From contig JAKZUU010000033.1 of NCBI GenBank assembly GCA_047516405.1, forward strand, positions 1 through 61,317: DNA of 61,317 nt. Direction: 5' to 3'. Positions 29,549 through 40,528 of this stretch are shown here, in pieces. Below the pieces are notes generated by a model. That model saw only the letters and a program-made list of their open reading frames with translations. It did no database searches and had not been told where the DNA came from. A program made the position numbers and the translations under genes. Every line of letters starts with the position of its first letter. Positions within the stretch are counted from its first letter, which is position 1. This DNA is from Nitrosopumilus sp. (GTDB taxonomy: Archaea > Thermoproteota > Nitrososphaeria > Nitrososphaerales > Nitrosopumilaceae).

Positions 29549-31726
29549 ATGAAAAAACAATATGTTTTAGGACTATTACTTTTACTTGCATCTACTATTG
29601 GTGTAATGTCTGGCAGTGTATCTGCTGACGAATCGCTTGATTCTGATGATGATGGGGTGCCAAACAGCCTGGATCTCTGTCCTCATCTCTTAGAAGACTA
29701 TGATCCACAGTACGGCAACAACATTGATGGCTGCCCAAGTGACTTTGTTCCTTGGTATGATGCTGACGGTGACGGAATTCAAGATCATCTTGACAACTGT
29801 CCAACTGTAAGGGAGACTAACAACAAGTTTGAGGATGCGGATGGCTGTCCTGACACATCCCCTGACGCTAAAACAGGATCGCCTGATACTGACAATGATG
29901 GATATCCAGACTTTGTAGATTTGTGCCCAACTCAGCCTGAAACATTTAACGGAATTGATGACGCAGACGGCTGCCCTGACAACGTCCTTACTCTGCGTGA
30001 TGATGACAATGATGGCATCTCAAATACTGCTGACTTGTGTCCACAGGAATCTGAAATTCATAACTTCTATTTGGATGAAGACGGCTGCCCTGACACCGTT
30101 GATGAATCTGGCACTACATACACATTTCCAGATGCAGACAATGACGGAATAGACGACAGATGGGATCAGTGCCTCGATGAGGCCGAAAACTATAATGGAT
30201 TCCTAGACAGGGATGGTTGCTTTGATATCCTAGGATCACCATCCAATACTGCAGTCGACTCAGATTATGACAGCATACTTGACTCTGTGGATCAATGCCC
30301 ATTAGAACGTGAAAATTATAACCGCTTCCAGGACGAAGACGGCTGCCCTGATCAACTCGAGTTTGCAATTTCCGGTGATTCTGATAGGGATGGAATTTTA
30401 AATCAGTTCGATGCATGTCCTTGGTTGCAAGAGACTTACAATCTGTTCCAAGATGAAGACGGCTGCCCTGATCATATTGCAAACAATCCACCCACTTATG
30501 ATTCTGACAATGACGGTATCCTTGATAATTTCGATCTATGTCCAACTCAACCTGAGGTCTTCAACGGATTCCAGGACCTTGATGGATGTACTGACCGTTA
30601 TACTTCTACTGCAGATATTGACTTTGATGGCATTACTGACATTTTAGATCAATGTCCATTTGAATCTGAAACGTACAATAAATTCCAGGACGAAGACGGC
30701 TGCCCTGATTCATCTGAGTCTAGTATCTTCTCTTACATCTTTCCTGATCTTGACGGGGACGGAATAGACGACAGATGGGACCAATGCCTCGATGAGGCCG
30801 AAAATTACAATGGATTCTTAGATCATGACGGCTGCCATGACGTTCTTGGATTCTCCCAACCTGCATTGTCTGATTCTGACTATGATTTTATCCCTGATGT
30901 ATTTGATTTATGTCCAAATCTATCTGAGAGGTACAATAAATTCCAGGACGAAGATGGCTGCCCTGACTCTGTGCCTTATGAGTCAATAGGCGATGTTGAC
31001 CGCGATGGAATACCTGACGATGTTGATCAATGCCCTACCTTCAAAGAAACTTACAATCTGTTTGAAGACACTGACGGCTGCCCTGACAGCCCACCTGTCA
31101 ATAATGCTAAAATCACTGACACTGACGGCGATGGAATACCTGACAACATTGATTATTGCCCTAGCCAGCCTGAGACATTCAATGAATTCCAAGACGACGA
31201 CGGCTGCCCTGACGGTTTATTCTCTGTGACTGATTTTGATTTCGATGGAATTGCAGATGTCTTTGATATATGCCCTCAAGAATCTGAAACGTACAATCAA
31301 TTTCAAGACACTGACGGCTGTCCAGATATTGTAGTTTCTGTTAATGACACTCAATATCAATTTCCAGACACTGATGGCGACGGTGTTGATGACAGATGGG
31401 ATCAATGTATTGCTGAGGTAGAAACCTATAATGATTATGTAGACCACGACGGCTGCCCTGATGTCTTACCTGAGGAATTTTCAATCTCACCTATACCTGA
31501 CTCTGACGGTGACGGCTACAACGACACAGTTGATTCTTGCCCAACAAGCCCTGAAACATGGAACAAATACAGTGATCATGACGGCTGTCCAGACATTGCC
31601 CCTGAGCAGCAAAGATTTGTTCATGACACTGATCTAGATGGCATCGTAAACAACTATGATTTTTGCCCTCTTGACCCTGAAGACTATGATGGTGATAGGG
31701 ATACTGATGGCTGCCCTGACAATTAA
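29549..31726 (+). CDS. Secreted thrombospondin type-3 repeat protein 3 (17 units)
   Basis: Colinear paralogue of protein 2, also 725 aa. Confidence 0.9.
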   Translation: MKKQYVLGLLLLLASTIGVMSGSVSADESLDSDDDGVPNSLDLCPHLLEDYDPQYGNNIDGCPSDFVPWYDADGDGIQDHLDNCPTVRETNNKFEDADGCPDTSPDAKTGSPDTDNDGYPDFVDLCPTQPETFNGIDDADGCPDNVLTLRDDDNDGISNTADLCPQESEIHNFYLDEDGCPDTVDESGTTYTFPDADNDGIDDRWDQCLDEAENYNGFLDRDGCFDILGSPSNTAVDSDYDSILDSVDQCPLERENYNRFQDEDGCPDQLEFAISGDSDRDGILNQFDACPWLQETYNLFQDEDGCPDHIANNPPTYDSDNDGILDNFDLCPTQPEVFNGFQDLDGCTDRYTSTADIDFDGITDILDQCPFESETYNKFQDEDGCPDSSESSIFSYIFPDLDGDGIDDRWDQCLDEAENYNGFLDHDGCHDVLGFSQPALSDSDYDFIPDVFDLCPNLSERYNKFQDEDGCPDSVPYESIGDVDRDGIPDDVDQCPTFKETYNLFEDTDGCPDSPPVNNAKITDTDGDGIPDNIDYCPSQPETFNEFQDDDGCPDGLFSVTDFDFDGIADVFDICPQESETYNQFQDTDGCPDIVVSVNDTQYQFPDTDGDGVDDRWDQCIAEVETYNDYVDHDGCPDVLPEEFSISPIPDSDGDGYNDTVDSCPTSPETWNKYSDHDGCPDIAPEQQRFVHDTDLDGIVNNYDFCPLDPEDYDGDRDTDGCPDN

Positions 31727-31787
31727 AGCAAACCTTTGATATAATCTTGCGATATGATAAATATATTTAGTTTGTAAAGGTCGTGAC

Positions 31788-32750
31788 ATGCTTCCAAAAT
31801 TTTCTAGTAAAGCGTTTTTAGCTCCTATGGCAGGAGTTAGTGATCCTGCCTTACGGTTACAGTGTAAAAAAATGGGTGCGGGGCTGGTAGTCACGGAATT
31901 TACTAGTATTCATAGTATTATTGCACAAGAGCAACGGCTAGGCAAGAAAACACAAACGATAGAAAAATTCATTGAATATTCCAATCAAGAACGCCCTCTC
32001 TCAATTCAGCTGTTTGGATCTGATTTGATTGCCTTGGAGAGGGCAGCAAAAATTGTCGAACCCTATTTTGATATAATTGACTACAATATGGGCTGTCCTG
32101 CACCTCACATAACCAGACAGATGGCCGGGGGTGCACTTTTACAACAGGTCAACTTGACCCGACAAATCTTTTCCACTCTTGTAAACGCTGTAAAAAAACC
32201 TGTAACACTTAAAATTCGTTCTGGCGTGACTGATGCAAGTAAATTCCTTTTTAGAGATGTTGCTGAAATTGCAGAAGACGAAGGGATACAAATGATCACA
32301 CTTCATCCTAGAACTGTTAGTCAGGGGTACTCTGGCAGTGCTGATTGGAAGATGATAAAAGAACTCAAAGAAATTTCAAGTATACCAATTGTCGGAAATG
32401 GTGATATTACCACCCCAGAACATGCTAAAACCATGATCGATGAGACTGGTTGTGATTATGTGATGATCGGACGAGGTGCTATGGGCAATCCTTTTTTGTT
32501 TGAGCAGATCAACGATTATCTTAAAACCGATTCTTATACAGAGTATTCTTTTAAGGACAGATTGGATTCTTTCTTTGATTATCTGCATCTTACAAGTCAA
32601 TACAGGATTAAATTTGCCAATATTAAGGGCCAGGCAATAAGATTTACTAAAGGCATGCAAGGCGGATCAAAATTACGCTCAAAGATTACCCTTTCAACTG
32701 ATATTGAAGAACTAGAAAAAATTATGACTGACGCATACAATCAATCTTAA
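31788..32750 (+). CDS. dus: tRNA-dihydrouridine synthase (DusB/Nifr3-like)
   Basis: LAPMAG, NMGCP, TLHPRT, GNGDI, MIGRG. Confidence 0.93.
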   Translation: MLPKFSSKAFLAPMAGVSDPALRLQCKKMGAGLVVTEFTSIHSIIAQEQRLGKKTQTIEKFIEYSNQERPLSIQLFGSDLIALERAAKIVEPYFDIIDYNMGCPAPHITRQMAGGALLQQVNLTRQIFSTLVNAVKKPVTLKIRSGVTDASKFLFRDVAEIAEDEGIQMITLHPRTVSQGYSGSADWKMIKELKEISSIPIVGNGDITTPEHAKTMIDETGCDYVMIGRGAMGNPFLFEQINDYLKTDSYTEYSFKDRLDSFFDYLHLTSQYRIKFANIKGQAIRFTKGMQGGSKLRSKITLSTDIEELEKIMTDAYNQS

Positions 32751-32881
32751 AATTTTTTAAATATTAGTTTACATTTGTTTATAAAACCTTCATAATTTTT
32801 GACATATTTTTAAATGCATTATGCTATTCTTATATATTCAAAGGCATCATTTAATCTATGAAGACTGGAGTTGAATCATAA

Positions 32882-33121
<240 letters not shown>

Positions 33122-33266
33122 TTTTAGACTTGTTACCTTTTATACTTAAATTGCAATACTAGATATCCCTTCAAAAAATATTTCCCCCAAAGGGAATACC
33201 ACGCTGTGAGGATCGTCAATCCTCCCAGCAATTTATTACAATAATCATTTATTTTAATAAAAATGG

Positions 33267-33608
33267 TTAGAGGGCTTCAGAACCACTCTTTTTGGATGCA
33301 ATATTGTGAACACTCTCAACACTAGTTATGACTATAATTCCATCTCCTCCTTTCCCGGTAAAAGATGCGTCTGCAATTGCTGCAGAGACTTTCTCTACAT
33401 CTGCGTCATCAACTAACGTGACGATCATTGCAACCTTGTTATATTCTGCCGTGATGGTACCTGTTCCTCTACCTGACCTGATCTCTTGTCTTGCTCCAGA
33501 ACCTCTACCATTTCCTTCTAGAATGGTAAATCCTCCTACTATGTCATTGATTGCGTCAGCTACCGCTCCTGTCTTACTGTTGTTAATAGTTGCCTCAATT
33601 CGTTTCAT
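33267..33608 (-). CDS. glnB: P-II family nitrogen regulatory protein
   Basis: MKRIEATI, GNGRG, TGKGGDGII; 113 aa. Confidence 0.9.
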   Translation of the reverse strand: MKRIEATINNSKTGAVADAINDIVGGFTILEGNGRGSGARQEIRSGRGTGTITAEYNKVAMIVTLVDDADVEKVSAAIADASFTGKGGDGIIVITSVESVHNIASKKSGSEAL

Positions 33609-33721
33609 TCTGTTTCTAACTGCCTATTGTTTAAAAACAATTATATGTTTTTATTTTGATTTTGTGATACTAAAACTATAGGTTATTGTGTTATCCTTAG
33701 ATCTTTTTAACACTAAAAACA

Positions 33722-33907
33722 ATGAAAATTATGAAAAGCGACGAAAAAAGATCTCACAGACTTAACTATCTTCTAAAATGCTATTTGATCAATCCTACAG
33801 AAAATGAATTGTATAGACGGGCAAAACAGATGGGAGTTGCCGATGCAACTGCAAAAGACTACATTCGAACAGTGGTGATACAAGCTCAAAAAATCTCTTC
33901 GAGATAG
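33722..33907 (+). CDS. Small hypothetical protein
   Basis: 61-aa ORF with upstream TATA-like TTTTTAA; helical composition. Confidence 0.55.
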   Translation: MKIMKSDEKRSHRLNYLLKCYLINPTENELYRRAKQMGVADATAKDYIRTVVIQAQKISSR

Positions 33908-34562
33908 GCTTTAACACACGTTCCAACATTGTCTCTTTTTCTATCTATTCTGTATTCTTACTGCTACAGTATCGTGTAAGGATATGCATTGTGTATTCGC
34001 TGCAAGTTATTTTGTTAATCAAACTTGGCTCATAAACTATTTTATCTTGATTTATGAGTTTTATATCCATAAAATCATAACAAAACTAAATCTTCGACGA
34101 GTCGTCAAGGATGATTCTTTAACACCATGCCAAAAAACAGTGTGTTGTTGCAGTTTATGGATTAGCAAAACACGGTTAGCAACGCGTGTTTCTTGACTTG
34201 AATAATTTTGAAAATTTCGCAGAGATCTTATCAGAGTGATCTCTCAAGGCAAAGGCAGCCGTTAACTGGTAAACAGGAAGGCAGGAGAATCATCTCATTT
34301 CATAATAATTGAACACAATCACAGTGCATGATGTACTGCTAGCTGTGCTATGTATGGGGCTGTATGATTGTATGATAATTCGAATCTAAACGAGAGCATG
34401 GTGGCATATTTGTTTTTTCAATGTATTTATCTGATAAACGGCAGTATTGTCTAGTGGCCGGCAAGACATGACCAATTTTTGAAATCTTACATAAATTGGA
34501 ACAGAGCAAATGCATTACAAAGCAAAGATATTCATAAATAATCAATCGAAGATAAAAAACTG

Positions 34563-35285
34563 ATGACAGATTCATCATTACTTGATGATGTAAAGGCCCT
34601 CTTCGATCACGGTTTTGAGGACGATAGGATACTCAAGCAAATCTATCGAGCTTGCCAACGTGATGAAGTTATTAGCAACTATGAAAGAAACTATGTTAGA
34701 AAATTAACCGAATTACATCTGAGAAAAAGACCTCAATTTGATCCGCCTTTAGAATCTGCCAATAGCACTCCTCTTCCAATCCCAGATGTTGTACTCCCAC
34801 AAATTCGTAATACTCTACAAATTCAACCATTACAAGCAACTTCATCATCATCATCATTTTTTAGCTCAAAAAAGAAAAAACTTGTGCTAGGCCTAAGCAT
34901 TATCATTATCTTAGGGATATCTATAGCAGCTGCTACTGCAACCCTAACTATAACCGGACCTTTTACTGATCCATCTAGTATCATTGATCCTGCAGTCACT
35001 CCTATTTCAGATACATTGTCAGTCCAAACTGATCTGCCATTATACGCGCACAAAGACCTTATCTCAATTAGTGGCACATCTAATACAGATGGATTTGTAA
35101 ATCTGATAGTTGAAAATTCAAACTATGAAACTGTGTGGCAAGAACAACTCTCTTTGAAAAACAATGGAAAGTTCTCAACTTTGATTATTGCAGGTGGTTC
35201 TGGTTGGGAAAAATCTGGCATTTATACACTTACAGTAGAAAATGATGCTGGCTCTACATTCGTTACATTTTCATTTACTAGATGA
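34563..35285 (+). CDS. Hypothetical single-pass membrane protein with C-terminal Ig-like domain
   Basis: 240-aa ORF with central TM; SVQTD..Y..ISISG and GIYTL motifs of thaumarchaeal surface domains. Confidence 0.7.
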   Translation: MTDSSLLDDVKALFDHGFEDDRILKQIYRACQRDEVISNYERNYVRKLTELHLRKRPQFDPPLESANSTPLPIPDVVLPQIRNTLQIQPLQATSSSSSFFSSKKKKLVLGLSIIIILGISIAAATATLTITGPFTDPSSIIDPAVTPISDTLSVQTDLPLYAHKDLISISGTSNTDGFVNLIVENSNYETVWQEQLSLKNNGKFSTLIIAGGSGWEKSGIYTLTVENDAGSTFVTFSFTR

Positions 35286-35737
35286 TCCTTAACCCTTTAA
35301 GATAAAAATTACTAATTTTTTTATGTCATTTTTATCAAAATTATTTTTTGCACACTAGCAAATAATCTTGTTTGGCATTACCCTGTCTGCAATTAATTAA
35401 AATTCACACAAGCAAGCGACGACATTACATGAATTTTAAAATATGCAATTTTAAACAATGCTGTATTTGACCGTCTTTTTTCAGAAAATTGCTACAGGTT
35501 TTAAAATAAGGCGGTGCAAAATTACGATACAGCAGATGTGTTTTATTAGCCTCTGGCAATATGTTGCTCATATCTGCAACACTATATTTTATTGAATAAA
35601 ACACAAGTCTTGCTACATTTAGCTTGACGCTAATTTTTCTCTCTGAACTGGCAGTTAAAAAATAATTATGCTAAAAATCTATCAAAGTATTTTTTTATGA
35701 CTTTGTATCCAAAGAATCTGTAAAATCCAACATTTAG

Positions 35738-35971
35738 TTATCTACAGAAAAACTCATCGCCTGCGCCTTTGTATAAAACAAAATATTCTTCCTGATCTTT
35801 TCTATCTTTTTTAGCACTCAAGGCATCTTGATACATTTCAAAATGCTCAACTAGATACAACTGGTCTCCTGTGGATCCAAAATAATCTATCCCGACTAGG
35901 TTAAAACCTGTTTTAGGCGTTAGTTTTATCTTTTCATCTCTAAAAACATCGTCAGTCAATTTCTTAAACAT
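35738..35971 (-). CDS. Small hypothetical protein
   Basis: 77-aa ORF directly downstream of TBP. Confidence 0.65.
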   Translation of the reverse strand: MFKKLTDDVFRDEKIKLTPKTGFNLVGIDYFGSTGDQLYLVEHFEMYQDALSAKKDRKDQEEYFVLYKGAGDEFFCR

Positions 35972-35977
35972 CTCGAA

Positions 35978-36541
<564 letters not shown>

Positions 36542-36876
36542 AACGAGGGAACCTTATATATCTATTTTATATATATCTCTATTTCATTTTCAATATAAAC
36601 ACTCAGACTCACATCATACATACTTACAAGTTCTCTCTCCCCTGATATCTTACGATCTGCGACGTGACATCCAGCAACGTATTCTTCACTTAACATGCTA
36701 CTGGTAGGCATCTAATGAAAAATATGTCATAGATGAATTAACCGGGCATGCGTAGTAACAAACAAAATGTTTTAGTTATATGAACAACACTGGCAAATAC
36801 AATCTAGTAATTTATGACATGCGAAACATTTTACCTGTCGCCATCCGTAAGACATGCTCTAAAATCTTTGATCGGC

Positions 36877-37332
36877 TCAATGATGCCCTACCCACTGGTA
36901 TCGGTACTCTTCATCAAAGATTTCTGTCACTATCTCTTTATCTTTAGTACTTGTTTCTGCCACATCCACATCAAAGAACCCCAGTCTACCCTTACATGGA
37001 ATTGGTACCTTATAGGGCTCTGCATTTTTTAACATAAACCCAAATACATTTTTTTGAAACTGTTTTGCAGAAAAATGAAATTTCTGATCCGCTTTTATCT
37101 CTTTTACTGAACCATATTTTTTTACTTGATACAGTTCTGCTTTACCAATGATTGCGCCGGTAACAAATTTCTTATCAATTTTCAATCGTTTAGCATCAGC
37201 ATTCCAGACCTTCAAAGGCGCATGAACTAAAAATTCTCCACGAAAACTAGTATTCCAACTTCGTAATTCGACAATTTTCCCCCCTGCAACGATCAAATCT
37301 GCAAATGGCTGAGATACACAAAGACACTTCAA
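36877..37332 (-). CDS. ASCH domain protein
   Basis: SQPFA, GGKIVELR, RGEFLVHA, KGRLGFF. Confidence 0.88.
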   Translation of the reverse strand: MKCLCVSQPFADLIVAGGKIVELRSWNTSFRGEFLVHAPLKVWNADAKRLKIDKKFVTGAIIGKAELYQVKKYGSVKEIKADQKFHFSAKQFQKNVFGFMLKNAEPYKVPIPCKGRLGFFDVDVAETSTKDKEIVTEIFDEEYRYQWVGHH

Positions 37333-37334
37333 GG

Positions 37335-38927
37335 TTAAAGAGTCGCTACCTTGATTAACTCGCCGGGATTTCTATTTCTTCCCTCAGGCAAGTTTGTTAT
37401 TCCTCCGGCCAAACTCTGCGTTGCAATTCCTTTGCGTGTAAACATATTAGCTGCCATCAACGAGGTGTTTCCAGCCATGCAAATCAATAACGATTTGCCT
37501 TTTAGGTCTTCGTTTAGCTCTTCTGGAATCTGCTGCGTTACCAGCAATTTTTCTACGGTGCTTGCGTTTGGCACTCTGATTTTTGTTTTATCAACTCCAA
37601 GGGATTTTGCGATTACCTCTATCCCTTCTTCACGTGGTGTGTATTGAGTATGAACCCAAATGACCCTGTCATAGTCATTTATCTTTGACGCTGCTTCTTG
37701 CAATGATATTTGAATATTCTCTTTTTTCTTCAATATCTCTGCTAGATTCTTCCTGTATTTTTCTATCCCGTCGGCTACAATGATTATGAATTTTGCGTTG
37801 TTATCTGAACTGGCCATCTGCATTGCCGCATAAAGCGCAAGAGCTGTACTTTCGCCTATGTCGTGCCCCTTGTCCACAAAAAATTTTAAAAGATACTTTG
37901 CTTGGTCAAAATCAATCTCATGTTCTTGAGCATATGTCTCTGGATTGTACAGTTTCAGGCCCAATGCCTTGTCTTTTGTTCTGATTCCTGCAACGTCCTG
38001 ACCAGCAGGAGGATAAACCACATGTAAAGATTTTTTCCCGTATTTCTCTGACATGTATTTGCTCAGACCCCCTGACGTGCCCCCTGTACCAAAAGCACAG
38101 ACAATCTTGAAATTTTCCAATGTATCTCCATTCTCGTGCAACTGTTGATCTATCTCTGCGGCTGTAACTGTTTCATGAACATCGATATTTAGTTGATTGT
38201 CATACTGTTCTGGACAAAATAGATTGTATATCTCTGCAAGAAATTTTGCCAAGTTTATTATGTCTTGTTTAGCTAAAAGTAATTCTATCCTATTATTGTG
38301 TTTGTCAAAAACAGCAGGATCAAATCCCATCCCTGATAACTGTACACGAATATTGGCCGCAGTTGCTTTTGCAGCTAGAGTATCTGCATTCTCTTTGATT
38401 CCCGGTGCTGGACAAATATCCATATCGAGATCTATAATGTGTATGTTTTGATCTCTTAGTTCTTTGAATACTCCTTCTTGTAATTTTCTTGATACAAGTG
38501 ATATCACGCTTATTCCAAGTTTTGATATCTGCCCCAAAGCTATTCCAAAATTTCCTGAAGTGGCCTCAATCAAAGTCTGTCCACTCTTCAATTTTCCTGT
38601 TGCAATGGCATCATGTATTATGTGAACTGCCGCTCTGACCTTAATTGAACCGCTAATTAGATTAGAGTCGAATTTGCCAAAAACTTTCACATTGCTGTCT
38701 GTCAGATCTAATTTGTACACATTGTTTGCACATTCTTTAAAATCCTCTGTCAGGTCAATTAGTGGGGTAGGGTTAACAATCACTGTTTCATTATTTTGGT
38801 TTTTCTCTCGGTGAGGGACTTTGCTCCACATGTTCTCCTCAAAGCGTTCAAGCAGATCCTCATCAATGCCGTTCTCTTGAGTCTTCTCCAAAATATCTTC
38901 CACAAATTTCAGTATTTGGATGCTCAT
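37335..38927 (-). CDS. PLP-dependent cysteine synthase-like enzyme with C-terminal rhodanese-like domain
   Basis: PTPL, GSIKVR (PLP Lys), ATSGNFG, FGTGGT; C-terminal ICMAGNTS and LAGGI. Confidence 0.8.
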   Translation of the reverse strand: MSIQILKFVEDILEKTQENGIDEDLLERFEENMWSKVPHREKNQNNETVIVNPTPLIDLTEDFKECANNVYKLDLTDSNVKVFGKFDSNLISGSIKVRAAVHIIHDAIATGKLKSGQTLIEATSGNFGIALGQISKLGISVISLVSRKLQEGVFKELRDQNIHIIDLDMDICPAPGIKENADTLAAKATAANIRVQLSGMGFDPAVFDKHNNRIELLLAKQDIINLAKFLAEIYNLFCPEQYDNQLNIDVHETVTAAEIDQQLHENGDTLENFKIVCAFGTGGTSGGLSKYMSEKYGKKSLHVVYPPAGQDVAGIRTKDKALGLKLYNPETYAQEHEIDFDQAKYLLKFFVDKGHDIGESTALALYAAMQMASSDNNAKFIIIVADGIEKYRKNLAEILKKKENIQISLQEAASKINDYDRVIWVHTQYTPREEGIEVIAKSLGVDKTKIRVPNASTVEKLLVTQQIPEELNEDLKGKSLLICMAGNTSLMAANMFTRKGIATQSLAGGITNLPEGRNRNPGELIKVATL

Positions 38928-38962
38928 ATAAAATATCTGATATGCCGTAAGCTAAAACATCT

Positions 38963-40495
38963 TTACACATCTAAAATGTTGATAACCTTATTTGGTATAT
39001 CCTTTAATCTGCTAACTGCCATGGTTTTTTCATATCCCAGATGTCTTAGATTATTAGCTATCGTAGTGGCCCTTACTGTATTTGAGCCTAATCCTAGGGC
39101 AACCATGCTAATTCCTAATCCTCTGAGGGATTTGGTCATATTTCGTACAGCATCTGGATCTGAGGGTTCTCCGTCAGTCAATGTCAAGAAAATATCTGGT
39201 CTTTTTGACTGTAAAACTAAAAACATTTTATCATACACCTCAGCTAGCGGCGTTGAACCGTTTGCAACAATTTGTGCCAATCGTTTTGCAGTCGTACTGT
39301 TCCATTTGACATTTTCAGGCTTTATTGACCAACAAACCACCTCCCTGTTTTGTGTATTAAACGCATATACTGCAAACTTTACTTTAAGAAAAGCCAACAC
39401 TTCGCATAGTGCCAAAGTTGCTTTTTTATATTCTATGGAATCAGAGGCGATACTTGATGAGTGATCAAGCAAGATCACGATTTTTGTTTTGATGGACTTT
39501 TTTATGTCTGTAAAAAACGGTTCGTGGCCTTCAATATAACTTTCCTCGTCAAATTCTTCACCTGTTCTCAGATGGTGCTCCTTCCAATTGGTTCTCCATT
39601 CTTTAAATCTCATTTTTAGTCCGTTAATCAGATTCATATCGTAAATTACTGTTTCATCGACATTGCTTGTTGATGGGACTTGAATTCCTATTATCTCTGA
39701 TGCGCATCCACGATTCTCCATTTTTTTATTCTCATCAAGCAACACCCTGTACTCATCATACACATTATTACCCCGCATAACAGATGTTGGGTCAACTGAT
39801 CCAAAATCACCTTCCTTGTTTTTAGAGATTATTTTTAACGCTCTGAGCAGCTCTTCTTCCGTTAACGCCATTCCAGCTTTCATAAAGGCTAAAGACACTG
39901 GAATTGTTAAAAGCGAGTCAATATCCAATATTTTAATAATCACGCTTACATTTTTTTCTAACCATTTGGTATCCTGTTTTTGCTCAACTGCCTTTTTGAC
40001 AATTTCTTTTGCAAACGCGCTTGCTTTCTTTATCTTCTCAAAGTTGCTAGACTGTATCTCTCCCTTAATTGCCCCAAACATAAAATACTGATAAAAGGCT
40101 TCCACAATTCTTGCTTTTCCATAAACTGTATGTAGTTGGGGTCTTGCAACAAGCATGTATGTGTAGTTGAAGATAATTTCATCGTCCATTCCTCTCCAAA
40201 TTCTTCTTCCTATCTGTTCAATTCGCTGTGTCTCCATTGTGTTAAGAATAAATCCGAATGCATGATCATTGCTGAGAATTTCTTTGCAGTATTTTATTCG
40301 CATTGCCTCATACCACAGTGACGTTCTGAATTGTCGATACTTTTGGAAATCATTTCCAATTCTTTTCTTTAGCGGCGTTAAGATTATTTTATTTTCTCTA
40401 AGCCTTGTTTTGGTCTCTACCTTTTCTGATATCTCTACCATGACGTTGTCTTTTTCAGACCATCGTCTGGCAAGGAAAGCTGCAATTTCTACCAA
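38963..40495 (-). CDS. VWA domain protein (partner of MoxR/CbbQ ATPase)
   Basis: MIDAS DHSSS, GSTP, LTDGEP; start uncertain (see finding on ATG-TAG at 40528). Confidence 0.88.
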   Translation of the reverse strand: MVEIAAFLARRWSEKDNVMVEISEKVETKTRLRENKIILTPLKKRIGNDFQKYRQFRTSLWYEAMRIKYCKEILSNDHAFGFILNTMETQRIEQIGRRIWRGMDDEIIFNYTYMLVARPQLHTVYGKARIVEAFYQYFMFGAIKGEIQSSNFEKIKKASAFAKEIVKKAVEQKQDTKWLEKNVSVIIKILDIDSLLTIPVSLAFMKAGMALTEEELLRALKIISKNKEGDFGSVDPTSVMRGNNVYDEYRVLLDENKKMENRGCASEIIGIQVPSTSNVDETVIYDMNLINGLKMRFKEWRTNWKEHHLRTGEEFDEESYIEGHEPFFTDIKKSIKTKIVILLDHSSSIASDSIEYKKATLALCEVLAFLKVKFAVYAFNTQNREVVCWSIKPENVKWNSTTAKRLAQIVANGSTPLAEVYDKMFLVLQSKRPDIFLTLTDGEPSDPDAVRNMTKSLRGLGISMVALGLGSNTVRATTIANNLRHLGYEKTMAVSRLKDIPNKVINILDV

Positions 40496-40528
40496 TGAGT
40501 CATTCTTTAGTGGCGAGATCAGCTACAT

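Noticed and set aside
24841..31726. GACGGCTGCCCTGA recurring every ~120 bp, resembling a CRISPR array
   Set aside because: It is the DGCPD codon string inside three long ORFs; the intervening segments are homologous and too long, and there are no cas genes.
34220..34290. Riboswitch-like fragments (CTTATCAGAG, CTCTCAAGGCAAAGG) and small hairpins
   Set aside because: The remaining conserved cores of SAM-I or glycine aptamers are missing and no relevant gene follows.
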